Under the pieces are notes generated by a model. It was given only the letters and a program-made list of their open reading frames with translations. It was not told the DNA's origin and did not search any database. From IMG/VR virus record IMGVR_UViG_3300005764_000083, positions 1 through 24,690 of that record: DNA of 24,690 nucleotides; one strand, written 5' to 3'. The first letter of the stretch is position 1. The number at the start of each line of letters is the position of its first letter. Shown here in pieces: positions 1 to 8,257 of this stretch. The position numbers and the translations under genes are program-made. Origin of the DNA: a virus (Duplodnaviria; Caudoviricetes).

Positions 1-570
1 CGGCTCTTGCGCGGGTGGGATTTTGGGCAAGTGTGCCCCGTGACGCTCTTTGCGCAGCTCGACGTGCATGGGCGGCTCGGCTTTGTCGGCGAGCTCGTGC
101 TCGAGCACAGCAATTTGACGAGTCAGATTGAGGCGACCAAGGCCATGACGATTGAGCTCGTCGGCCCGGGCGCGAATTGCTTTGACGCCGGCGACCCCGA
201 GGCGTTGCACGAGATGGAGCTCGGCTCGATTCGCGCCGTGCTGTTGAAGCACGGGATTGTGCTGCAAACCTTCGCGCGCAACAGTGACACGTCGTACAAT
301 AACCTCCGTGACCGGCTCCTCCGCCGCGTGCGCATTCCCGGCGAGGAGCTCCCGAGCCCCGCGCTCATCGTCGACCCGCGGTGCCCGATTCTCCATAGCG
401 CGTTAAGCGGCGGCTTTGCGCGCCATCCGAAAACCGGCAAACCGATGCCGACGCATCCCTATAAAGACGCCGTCGACGCCGCCCGCTACTTGCACGACAA
501 CCTGCAAGGCACGAGCTCGGAATGGATGCTCAAGCTACAAGCGATCGCACGCGCCGATTGCGCATGGTGA
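1..570 (+). CDS. terL: Terminase large subunit, C-terminal nuclease domain (5' partial)
   Basis: Frame open from the window edge. GWDFG (RNase H-like acidic motif) and C-terminal HPYKDAVDAARY resemble the terminase D-x-G and DxxDAxRY motifs. Lies upstream of the portal. Confidence 0.85.
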   Translation, partial: RLLRGWDFGQVCPVTLFAQLDVHGRLGFVGELVLEHSNLTSQIEATKAMTIELVGPGANCFDAGDPEALHEMELGSIRAVLLKHGIVLQTFARNSDTSYNNLRDRLLRRVRIPGEELPSPALIVDPRCPILHSALSGGFARHPKTGKPMPTHPYKDAVDAARYLHDNLQGTSSEWMLKLQAIARADCAW

Positions 571-758
571 GCGAGGCGGCGCTTGAGCGGCTCCGCGCCG
601 AGCTCCCGCCGGTGCTCGAGGTCCCGCTGTGCCGCCACGGGCACGGGCCGCTCAACGGATGGCGGGCCCGCGGGCGGCGCCGTGGGCGCTATTGCCGCGC
701 GTGCAACGCCGCGGCGTTTCGGCGCTGGTACGATGCGCACCGCCGCACGGGACATTGA
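567..758 (+). CDS. Small Zn-finger-like protein (CRHGH...CRAC)
   Basis: GTGA overlap with the terL stop (alternative ATG at 564). The CxxGH-x17-CxxC pattern resembles Zn modules seen alone or attached to phage HNH proteins. Confidence 0.6.
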   Translation: MSEAALERLRAELPPVLEVPLCRHGHGPLNGWRARGRRRGRYCRACNAAAFRRWYDAHRRTGH

Positions 759-793
759 CGGCAGGGGGGGGCGCCCGCTACACGGGCCGGCCC
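755..793 (+). promoter_or_regulatory. Putative promoter motif, copy 1 (TTGACG-N18-TACACGGGCCGGCCC)
   Basis: Intergenic, upstream of the portal ATG. A related motif occurs at 4505-4544. Confidence 0.45.
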
Positions 794-805
794 GAGGCTA
801 ACGGG

Positions 806-3328
806 ATGGCGCGCGGAGCTCGAGGAGGAGCGGCGGCGGCGACACTCTCGCCGGCACGTGGCGACGCGCCGAAAAATCTTGTCCTCGACCCGCAAATCGA
901 GGCGCGCGTGCGCAACGAGCTCGTGCCGCTCGTGCGCCGCACGCGGCAAGAGCGCAACGGCGTCTTGCGCGAGCGTTGGTTGCGCTACTACCGCATATGG
1001 AGCGTGCGGCACGATCGCCAAGGCTACATCGGGCGCTCGAATGCGTATTTCCCGGTCGGCCGGCGGTGGATAGAGCAATGGGTCACGCGCTTGAAACGCG
1101 ACCTCTTCCCCGACCAGGACTGGTTTGCGTGCAAGGCGTTGCGGGAAGATTTTGAGGCGCGCGTGCCGGCAAAAGTGGCGCTCCAAAAGTATTGGATGCG
1201 CCGCCACATGCGGCTCCGGAAACACGCGCTCCCGTGGCTCCGCCAGCTTGTCATGTATGGCACGTCGCCCGTGCGCAACGTGTGGCGCGCCGTCGAGCAT
1301 GACCAAACGGTCTTGCGCGACGTCCTCGACGACGACGGCACGCCGTCGGGCAAAACGATTGCGCAAGTCGAGAAAGTCGCCGACTTTTTGGGGCCCACGT
1401 TTGAGCCGGTCGACCTGTTCGCGTTCTACGTGTGGCCGCCGACGGCCGCCGGCTTGGATGAGTGCACGCTCGCCTTTGAGGACCGTTGCGTGCCGCGGAG
1501 CCGTGTCTATGCGCTGGCAAGGAAGCCGCTCGACCCGAGCGACCCGAAAGCCGGCAACGTGTATGAGGGCGTCGACGAGCTCGTCGACCTCTACGACCAA
1601 GCGATTGCCGGGCGCACGGGCGGGCAAGCCGGGCGCAATCCCGAGAAATACGACGCGCTCGCGATTCGGTTAGCGGATAAGGGATTCACGGCGCCGCTTG
1701 ATTTTAACGTGCCTGCGGCGCTCCGCCCGCTCGACGTGACCGAATGCGTGTGGACGGTCGACCTCGAGGAGGAGGAGCCGGCGCGCTATCTCGTCACGCT
1801 CGGCGCCGACGAGGTTCCGTTGCGCGTGCAAAAGCGGCCATTTTTCCACGGCGGTACGCAATGGCTCGTTGGCCGCTTTCAGCAGATACCGGAAGAATTT
1901 TACGGCCGCGGCTTGTGCGAGCTGTTCGATTACATGCAGTATTTCGTGAACGACCTCGGGAACCAATCGGGCGACGCGTTTGTCTGGTCAACCAACCCGA
2001 TTGCGGTCGTCGATATCGGCGCGGTACAGGATCCGACGTCGCTGCGCATGGCGCCGGGCGCCAAGTGGCTCGCCAATCCCGCCGGCGTGCAATTCACGAC
2101 GCCGCCGCAAGGGGCCGCCACCGCCGGCTTTGGCGCCGTGCAAGGGTATATCGGGCTCGCCGATACGCTCGTGGCGCCGACGCCGGCGCGCCCGATGGCG
2201 CCGGCGCAGCAAGCCCCGGCGCAAGATTCGGCCGGGCTCGCCGCACAGCTCGCCGATTCGGCGGTCGATATCCGTGCCGTCATTGAAGACCTCGAGGATG
2301 ACGTCATGGTACCGCTCCTCGAGCGGAGCGACATTCTCACGCAACAGTGCCTCGACCGCGACATTATCTTGAAAGTTGCCGGGGCCGACGGCCTCGAGCT
2401 CGTCGAACATCCGATCACGGTCGCCGACTTGGTCGGCGAATATGAATGGGAATGGCTCGGGACGACCAACGCGCTCAACCAACAAGTGCGCGCGCAACAA
2501 ATGGTGCAAGGCATCGCGCTCATGACGCAAGTCCCGCAAGACCAGCTCGCGGCGCAAGGCGTCACGGTCGATTGGCCGTATATCCTGCGCACGTTTTGGT
2601 CGGTCGGGCTCGGCTTGCCCGACGCCGACCGGGTTATCAAAACGGCCGACTTGGCGCCGAATGATTGGCGCTGGGAAAACGCGCTTGCGCGCGTCAACCG
2701 CGCCGGCGAGCTCCGCGTGTCGCCGCAAGATGACCACACGGCGCATGTGCAAGGGCATCAACATTTGCTCGAGAGCGACACGCTTTCCGACGACGCGCGG
2801 CTTGGGCTTGAAACGCATGTGCACCAGCATATCGGCTTGCAGATAGCCGCCGAGGCGCAAGCGCTCGCGCAAAGCATGGCGACGCTGGCGCCCCCCGGCG
2901 GGCCGCCCGGCATGCCCGGGCCGCCGCCGGGAGCGCCTCCGCCCGGCCTCGGGCCGCCGCCGCCTATCCCCGGCGGGCCCCCGGGCCTCCCGCCGGGGGC
3001 GCTCCCGCCGGCCGGCCCCCCGCCCGGGCCGCCGCCCATGGGGCCGCCCCCGGGGCCGCCGCCCATGGCGCCCCCGCCCATGGTCGGGCCCCCGCCGGGG
3101 CCGTTCATGCCCGGCGTGCCCGGCGCCGGCGTCAATGCGCTGGCGCGCCTCCTCGGGCCGGCCACGGGCCCGCGCGGCGCCGGCCCCGCGCGGCCGCATA
3201 GCGACGCCCGCAACAAGGCAAAAGCGCTCCTCGGCATTCGGCCCCCGGCGCCCCTTGGGCAAGGTCGCGTCGGCAAAACCCGCAACGTGTCGGATCTCTT
3301 CCGCGGCCTCCCGCGGCTCCCGCGGTAG
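806..3328 (+). CDS. Portal protein (P22-like podoviral size class) with Pro/Gly-rich C-terminal tail
   Basis: 840 aa from ATG 806 (the ORF track's upstream extension overlaps the previous gene). Follows terminase. Motifs LVMYGT, EPVDLFAFYVWP and FYGRGLCE are typical of podoviral portals. Confidence 0.88.
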   Translation: MARGARGGAAAATLSPARGDAPKNLVLDPQIEARVRNELVPLVRRTRQERNGVLRERWLRYYRIWSVRHDRQGYIGRSNAYFPVGRRWIEQWVTRLKRDLFPDQDWFACKALREDFEARVPAKVALQKYWMRRHMRLRKHALPWLRQLVMYGTSPVRNVWRAVEHDQTVLRDVLDDDGTPSGKTIAQVEKVADFLGPTFEPVDLFAFYVWPPTAAGLDECTLAFEDRCVPRSRVYALARKPLDPSDPKAGNVYEGVDELVDLYDQAIAGRTGGQAGRNPEKYDALAIRLADKGFTAPLDFNVPAALRPLDVTECVWTVDLEEEEPARYLVTLGADEVPLRVQKRPFFHGGTQWLVGRFQQIPEEFYGRGLCELFDYMQYFVNDLGNQSGDAFVWSTNPIAVVDIGAVQDPTSLRMAPGAKWLANPAGVQFTTPPQGAATAGFGAVQGYIGLADTLVAPTPARPMAPAQQAPAQDSAGLAAQLADSAVDIRAVIEDLEDDVMVPLLERSDILTQQCLDRDIILKVAGADGLELVEHPITVADLVGEYEWEWLGTTNALNQQVRAQQMVQGIALMTQVPQDQLAAQGVTVDWPYILRTFWSVGLGLPDADRVIKTADLAPNDWRWENALARVNRAGELRVSPQDDHTAHVQGHQHLLESDTLSDDARLGLETHVHQHIGLQIAAEAQALAQSMATLAPPGGPPGMPGPPPGAPPPGLGPPPPIPGGPPGLPPGALPPAGPPPGPPPMGPPPGPPPMAPPPMVGPPPGPFMPGVPGAGVNALARLLGPATGPRGAGPARPHSDARNKAKALLGIRPPAPLGQGRVGKTRNVSDLFRGLPRLPR

Positions 3329-3337
3329 GGGGGAAAA

Positions 3338-3541
3338 ATGAGGCGAGCGGCTCACTCTGGCACGCATCCGGAAGGATGCCCCTCGTGTATTACGGCGGCA
3401 GAAAAAAAGCGCATGCCGTGGCACAAAAGTTACCACGACATTTTGGCAACGCCGACCTATCGCCGGCAGATAGAGGCGAAGCATACCGCGGCGCTGCGCC
3501 GGGGCGCGGCACGGCTCCGCGCCGGGCAGCTCAAATTTTGA
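3338..3541 (+). CDS. Hypothetical basic protein, 67 aa
   Basis: Fills the gap between the portal and the next gene. G-rich RBS before the ATG. One CxxC. Confidence 0.5.
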   Translation: MRRAAHSGTHPEGCPSCITAAEKKRMPWHKSYHDILATPTYRRQIEAKHTAALRRGAARLRAGQLKF

Positions 3542-3551
3542 AGGGGCGATC

Positions 3552-4097
3552 ATGGCGGAAAAGTGGATCCAAGGCGCCATCAAGCGGCCCGGGGCGTTCA
3601 AAGCCAAGGCGAAAGCCGCGGGCAAGTCGACCTCGAGCTATGCGCGGCAAGTCTTAAAGCCGAGCTCGACGGCGTCGACGCGCACGAAAAAGCAAGCCGC
3701 GCTCGCGCAAACCTTGAGCAAACTGCGCTCGGGCAAGGCAAAATTCCTTGTGCCGCTCGTGCTCCTCGTCGCGACGGCGGCGCATGCGGCAACCAAGACA
3801 TGCCCGAGCGGCACGCTCGCGCCCGCGCCGATCACGGCGACAGGGCCGACAACCGATATCATCGTCGCGCGCGCGGCGCCCGCGCTGGTCATGCAAGCCT
3901 CGGGTACCGGGACCGCAACGGTGGTTATGGAAATGTCCTGTGACGGGACCAATTGGGCGCAAGTGACCAACTCGAGCATGAGCGTGCCGCCGAGTCAGGT
4001 TGTTTCCGTGTTGCAGCCAACGTGTAGTTATCGGGCGAATGTGACGGCGTGCACGACGTGCTCCATTACGGTGATCTATGCGTGCTCGGGGCCGTAA
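3552..4097 (+). CDS. Hypothetical protein: basic N-terminal domain, internal signal-peptide-like segment, Cys-containing beta-rich domain
   Basis: RBS AAGGGG. N-terminus KWIQGAIKRPGA...AALAQTLSKL, then FLVPLVLLVATAAHA, then a Thr/Val-rich region with 6 Cys. Confidence 0.75.
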   Translation: MAEKWIQGAIKRPGAFKAKAKAAGKSTSSYARQVLKPSSTASTRTKKQAALAQTLSKLRSGKAKFLVPLVLLVATAAHAATKTCPSGTLAPAPITATGPTTDIIVARAAPALVMQASGTGTATVVMEMSCDGTNWAQVTNSSMSVPPSQVVSVLQPTCSYRANVTACTTCSITVIYACSGP

Positions 4098-4368
4098 CGT
4101 GCTCGTGCTCGCGGTGCTCCTCGCCGCGCGCGTCGCCTCCGGTCAAGCCGCTGCGGGCTGCGGCCCGACGCACCATGGCTGTGGGCCCGGCGGGCGGGGC
4201 TCGTGTGGGGTCGGGAAACACGGGTGCGGCCCGGGCGGGGCCGGCACCCCGGTCAAGCGCGCGGGAGGGGGAGAGTATGCCCTTAATTCAATTGATCGTC
4301 GTGCTTATCGTCATTGGCCTGATTCTCTACTTGGTCGAGACGCTCTTGCCGCTCGACCCGGCGATTAA
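4078..4368 (+). CDS. Possible secreted Gly/Cys-rich peptide
   Basis: Signal-like MRARGRNVLVLAVLLAARVASGQAAA followed by GCGP repeats. Fills the 4098-4276 gap but overlaps both neighbours. Confidence 0.4.
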   Translation: MRARGRNVLVLAVLLAARVASGQAAAGCGPTHHGCGPGGRGSCGVGKHGCGPGGAGTPVKRAGGGEYALNSIDRRAYRHWPDSLLGRDALAARPGD

Positions 4369-4492
4369 GCAGGTGCTCCGGGTCGTGATTGTCATTGCGG
4401 TAATTCTCTGGTTGCTTTCCTTGGTTGGCTTGATTCCGGCTCGGATTAGCCGCGCCGACGGCGTTACGCCGCAAACTTGGGGCGTTACCTAA
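4277..4492 (+). CDS. Small two-TM membrane protein (Thivi_2564-like; holin candidate)
   Basis: Strong RBS GGGAGGGGG. MPLIQLIVVLIVIGLILYLVETLLPLDPAIKQVLRVVIVIAVILWLL gives two hydrophobic helices around a P-x-D-P-x-I-K loop. Confidence 0.8.
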   Translation: MPLIQLIVVLIVIGLILYLVETLLPLDPAIKQVLRVVIVIAVILWLLSLVGLIPARISRADGVTPQTWGVT

Positions 4493-4504
4493 GCCGCCCC
4501 CCTC

Positions 4505-4544
4505 TTGACACGCCCCCGGGGGCTCGTGGCACACGGGCCCGCCC
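4505..4544 (+). promoter_or_regulatory. Putative promoter motif, copy 2 (TTGACA-N19-CACACGGGCCCGCCC)
   Basis: Perfect TTGACA in an intergenic gap. The downstream element matches 780-793 at 13 of 14 positions. Confidence 0.45.
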
Positions 4545-4547
4545 ACG

Positions 4548-4928
4548 ATGGCACGCAAACGCGGCGCCGTGGGGAATGGCAAGGCGAAAGCGCTTGTGCC
4601 GCCCATGAAAGGCGCCAAGGCTCCGCCGGCCGGGCCGCCCCCGCGCGCCATGCGCGGCCGGGTCGCGCTCGCCATCCCCGTGCTGCGCGCGACGCCGACC
4701 CGTGGCCGCCCGGGGCCCGTGCCGACGCCGGGGCGCATGCCGCCCGGGCGCCTCCCGCCGCCCCCGCCCGTCGGCCGACGCGTGCCGATGGCGGCCGAAA
4801 CGCCGCGTGCCGAGCGCCTCGAGGCGCCCCCGATGGGGCCGCGGCCCTCGAGCACGTCGCCCCTCATGCGGCAACGCGGCGCCCGGCAAACGATGGCGGC
4901 CATGCGCCGCGGGAGCGTGCCTTTCTAA
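4548..4928 (+). CDS. Basic Pro/Arg-rich low-complexity protein
   Basis: ATG just after the promoter-like motif. TAATG coupling to the next gene. Confidence 0.65.
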   Translation: MARKRGAVGNGKAKALVPPMKGAKAPPAGPPPRAMRGRVALAIPVLRATPTRGRPGPVPTPGRMPPGRLPPPPPVGRRVPMAAETPRAERLEAPPMGPRPSSTSPLMRQRGARQTMAAMRRGSVPF

Positions 4929-5263
4929 TGCTCGGGGCCCCCGCCGGCGTCGACCCGCACGAGCTCGCGCAGCTCGTCGGCGAGCTCGAGGCGAGCGGGT
5001 ATCACGCCGCGCTCCGCGCCTACGTCGACGCGCGCATTGCGGTCCTCCTCGTCGACGACGTCACGGATCCCTACGTGGCCATGAAACGCCGCGGGCAAGT
5101 CGAGGAGCTCCAACGCCTGATTGTGCCGCTTTTCGTCAAGTCGCTGGCGCTCTCGGCGCTGGCCAAACGCGCCGAGGCACGCGCCGGGCTCGAGGCCGCC
5201 CGACCCGTCGAGCCGCGCCGCGAGTGGTGGCACGACCCCATTGTTGACGACCCGATACCCTAA
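4928..5263 (+). CDS. Hypothetical helical protein preceding the scaffold
   Basis: TAATG overlaps at both ends. 111 aa, MLGAPAGVDPHEL...DDPIP. Confidence 0.75.
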   Translation: MLGAPAGVDPHELAQLVGELEASGYHAALRAYVDARIAVLLVDDVTDPYVAMKRRGQVEELQRLIVPLFVKSLALSALAKRAEARAGLEAARPVEPRREWWHDPIVDDPIP

Positions 5264-6012
5264 TGGCTGACGAGCACCCAACCGCCCCCGCCCCCGAGAG
5301 CCCCACCCCCGACGCGCCGGCCCCCGAGGCCGGCGCCCCGCCGGCGGAGGATTGGGGCGCGCGGTTTTCGAAACTCGAGGGCGAGCTCGCGCATGAGCGC
5401 GCGCAGCGTGCGGCCCTCGAGGGCACGTTGCGCCTCCTCGCCCCGCAACCGCAAATGGCGCAGCAAGGGCCGCCGCCGCTCGTGCGCCTCCCGCGCGACG
5501 CCGCGCAACGGATTGCGGCCACGCTCGGCGGGCAATGGAACGAGGAGGCCGTGCAATCGCACGCGCCCATCTTCGCGGCATTCGGGCAGGAGCTCTTAGC
5601 ACCGCTGCTGCAAGGTATCGAGGGCATGGCCGATGTCGTCGACCTCTTACAAGTGCGGCAAGAGATTCCGCAATACGAAACGCAAGCCGAGGAGGCCGAC
5701 CGCGTGCGCATGGAGTACCGGCAACGCGGCCAAGTGATTACGCGCAAGCAAGCCGTTGCGCTCGTAAAGGCACGCCGCATGGACGACCCGAAATATGTTG
5801 ACACGTTGGTTGACGAGCGCGCCCGCGCTCGCTCCGCCGAGCACGCGCAGCGTGCCGCGGCCGCCGCTGGCGCCGTGACGGAGGGCGGGGCGAGTGCGCA
5901 GAAAGCCGGCCCCGAGCCGACCAAGGGCCCGCGCACGCCGCCGACGCGTGAGCAATTCGCGAATATGACGCTCGAGGAGAAACGTAAAGCGCTCGAGGGC
6001 GCCACGATCTAA
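5263..6012 (+). CDS. Capsid scaffolding protein (putative)
   Basis: Directly upstream of the capsid gene. Acidic/Pro N-terminus, coiled-coil character, C-terminal FANMTLEEKRKAL helix. Confidence 0.75.
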   Translation: MADEHPTAPAPESPTPDAPAPEAGAPPAEDWGARFSKLEGELAHERAQRAALEGTLRLLAPQPQMAQQGPPPLVRLPRDAAQRIAATLGGQWNEEAVQSHAPIFAAFGQELLAPLLQGIEGMADVVDLLQVRQEIPQYETQAEEADRVRMEYRQRGQVITRKQAVALVKARRMDDPKYVDTLVDERARARSAEHAQRAAAAAGAVTEGGASAQKAGPEPTKGPRTPPTREQFANMTLEEKRKALEGATI

Positions 6013-6024
6013 GAGGAGGCCGCC

Positions 6025-7356
6025 ATGCCCGGCAGTACCTATAGCTACAGTGATCCGGGGCTTAGTACCTCAACCACCCTCGTCAATGACCTCGCGCCGC
6101 TTTGGTTACAAGACGAGCTCTTGGCCATCGCGCAAAAGTTGACCGTGTTTCAGGACATCGGCGACTTGCCCAACATGCCCGATGGCGAGGGCAAGACGTA
6201 CAGCGCGCAGCGATACGAGCGCCTCCCGCTCCCGAATGCGCCGTTGAGCGAGGGTATCACGCCCGATAGCACCGCGTTGATTGTCAACAAGGTGACGGCG
6301 ATTCTCGAGCAATGGGGCATGGTCGTGTCGCTTTCCGACGTCGCCTTGATGACAACCAAGCATCCGGCGCTCACGGCGGCAAAAGACCGGCTCGGCAATG
6401 CGAGCGCCGAATTGCAGGACCGGGAAATCCAAAAGACGCTCATGGGTTCCGGCGTCGTCGTGTTCCCGGGTGGCAAGACCTCGAGGAGCACGCTCGCCGC
6501 CGGCGACGTGCCGACCACGGATTTCGTGTCGGGCATCGTCGCGACGCTGCGCCAGCTTGGCGCGCCGGTCTTTGCGGGCAGTCAGTACGCCGGCGTCGTC
6601 GACCCGTACCACGAGCAAGACCTCGCCAAGGATCAAACATTCGTCCTCTCGCATCAGTACGCCGAGACCACGGCGCTCATGAATGCCGAGATTGGGCGGT
6701 GGCGCGGCGTGCGGTGGAAGCGCTCGAACCTCCTCCCAATCATGGCGAGCCTCCCGACTGGCGCCGGCGGTGCCTCGGCAACCAACGCCACGCCGGGCAC
6801 GGGGGAAACCGGATTCACGGCCGGCTCGACGGTCAAGGTCACGGTGGCACTCGCCGACCCGATAACGGGGCTCGATACGAAGCAGATTGCGACGGCCAAC
6901 GTGACCAACGCGGCGGCGTACACGGTCAGCTACACGATCACGGCGACGGCCCCCGAGGGGCGGTACAACGTGTATGTGAGCGCGGAGGGCGGCACCGTGC
7001 CGACCTATCAAACGACCGTGCTGAAGCCCGTCGGCGCACAGTACGTCGGCGTGGTCGCCAAGGCCGTGACGAGCGCCGCCGCGGTCACGTCGGTCGGCTA
7101 CAGTGCGACAGGCGCCCCGGCGCAAGCGGATCCGCCGGCGACCGGCAACGTGCACGTCGGATACATTTTCGGCAAGAGCGCCTTTGCGGTGCCCGCGCTC
7201 GGCTCGCGCGTGGAAACGACCTTGACGCCGGCGACCGCGAGCGATTCCGACCCGCTCAAACAGCGGCGCAAGTGCGGATTCAAGTTCATGACCAAGACGT
7301 GCATTCTCAATACCGACTTTTTCCGGCGCTTCGAAGCCATGAGCGCCTTTGGTTGA
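6025..7356 (+). CDS. Major capsid protein, N4-gp56-like family
   Basis: RBS AAGAGGAGG. Motifs PLSEGITP, LEQWGMVVSLSD, EIGRWRGVRW and DSDPLKQRRKCGFK are characteristic of this HK97-fold family. Confidence 0.92.
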   Translation: MPGSTYSYSDPGLSTSTTLVNDLAPLWLQDELLAIAQKLTVFQDIGDLPNMPDGEGKTYSAQRYERLPLPNAPLSEGITPDSTALIVNKVTAILEQWGMVVSLSDVALMTTKHPALTAAKDRLGNASAELQDREIQKTLMGSGVVVFPGGKTSRSTLAAGDVPTTDFVSGIVATLRQLGAPVFAGSQYAGVVDPYHEQDLAKDQTFVLSHQYAETTALMNAEIGRWRGVRWKRSNLLPIMASLPTGAGGASATNATPGTGETGFTAGSTVKVTVALADPITGLDTKQIATANVTNAAAYTVSYTITATAPEGRYNVYVSAEGGTVPTYQTTVLKPVGAQYVGVVAKAVTSAAAVTSVGYSATGAPAQADPPATGNVHVGYIFGKSAFAVPALGSRVETTLTPATASDSDPLKQRRKCGFKFMTKTCILNTDFFRRFEAMSAFG

Positions 7357-7361
7357 TTCCG

Positions 7362-7904
7362 ATGGGACGCCCCCCCGGTCGCCCTCGTATGACGCCGGCG
7401 GGCGCGGTGCCGCCGGCGCCCGAGGAGCTCGACGGCGCCGAGGAGCTCGACGGCGCCGAGCTCGAGCCACTCGAGCCGCTCACCCCAGAGGACCTCGCCA
7501 CCGAGGCGCTCGAGGGGCGCCGCCGCTTGACGCCCGAGGTCGTGCGCGCGCTCAACGAGACGTGGCGCGACCTCGTGCAATACGACGACGACGCGAGCAA
7601 GCAACGCGCCCGGCGCATTGTCGGCATTCTCCGCCGGGCCAAGCATATCGAGCTGCACCCCGGATGCGCGCGCGTCCTCATCGACGTGCCGATGCTTCCC
7701 AACAAGCAATTTGTACGCGTCAACGAGCGCGTGTTTTACGGGAGCCACGAGGTATGGGAATGCGAGGCGCGCACCATTCTCGGGCTCGTGCATTGGGCCC
7801 GCGTCGTCGAGGCGCAACGGATGGACGACCGGCGGAGCGAGCACCCGACCATTGACCTCGATTCGCCGCTCGCCGAGCGGGCGCGGGCGATTCAACGCGC
7901 ATGA
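7362..7904 (+). CDS. Hypothetical protein following the capsid gene
   Basis: ATG 5 nt after the capsid stop. N-terminal GRPPGRPR, acidic EELDGA duplication, ATGA coupling to the next gene. Confidence 0.75.
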   Translation: MGRPPGRPRMTPAGAVPPAPEELDGAEELDGAELEPLEPLTPEDLATEALEGRRRLTPEVVRALNETWRDLVQYDDDASKQRARRIVGILRRAKHIELHPGCARVLIDVPMLPNKQFVRVNERVFYGSHEVWECEARTILGLVHWARVVEAQRMDDRRSEHPTIDLDSPLAERARAIQRA

Positions 7905-8257
7905 TGCCGCGAGGACCCGCCGCGCGGAACGGCTCGCCCGTGCCGCCCTTTTCCGGGCAGCTCGTCAAGGTGACGGGCGACGGCGAGCACGTCACGATTG
8001 CGTTTACGGCGCGCACGCCCGAGGAGCTCGAGGCCGCGCTCGCCGTTGCCGGCAACGCCGCCGTGCGCCGGTTGCACGCCAATAACGCCGCCGTGTTGAG
8101 CGCCGGCGAGCAATTCGAGCAACGGCAACGCCAAGTGTACCACAACGCGGTCGGGCAGCTCCGCCGAGAGCTCGGCTTGCCCGACCCGCCCGCGGAGGAG
8201 GACGCGACTCGTGCCGACAATCCCGCCGGGGCGGTACACGCGGCAGAAAATCCGTGA
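7901..8257 (+). CDS. Hypothetical protein, 118 aa
   Basis: ATGA overlap with the upstream stop. Protein-like composition. Confidence 0.65.
   Translation: MMPRGPAARNGSPVPPFSGQLVKVTGDGEHVTIAFTARTPEELEAALAVAGNAAVRRLHANNAAVLSAGEQFEQRQRQVYHNAVGQLRRELGLPDPPAEEDATRADNPAGAVHAAENP

Noticed and set aside
629-805. N-terminal extension of the portal given by the ORF track
   Set aside because: Overlaps the Zn-finger ORF and the promoter-like motif. ATG 806 is more plausible.
7422-7465. Tandem repeat GAGGAGCTCGACGGCGCC as a regulatory element
   Set aside because: In-frame duplication encoding EELDGA within an acidic linker. The frequent CTCGAG/GAGCTC words are explained by Leu-Glu and Glu-Leu codons.
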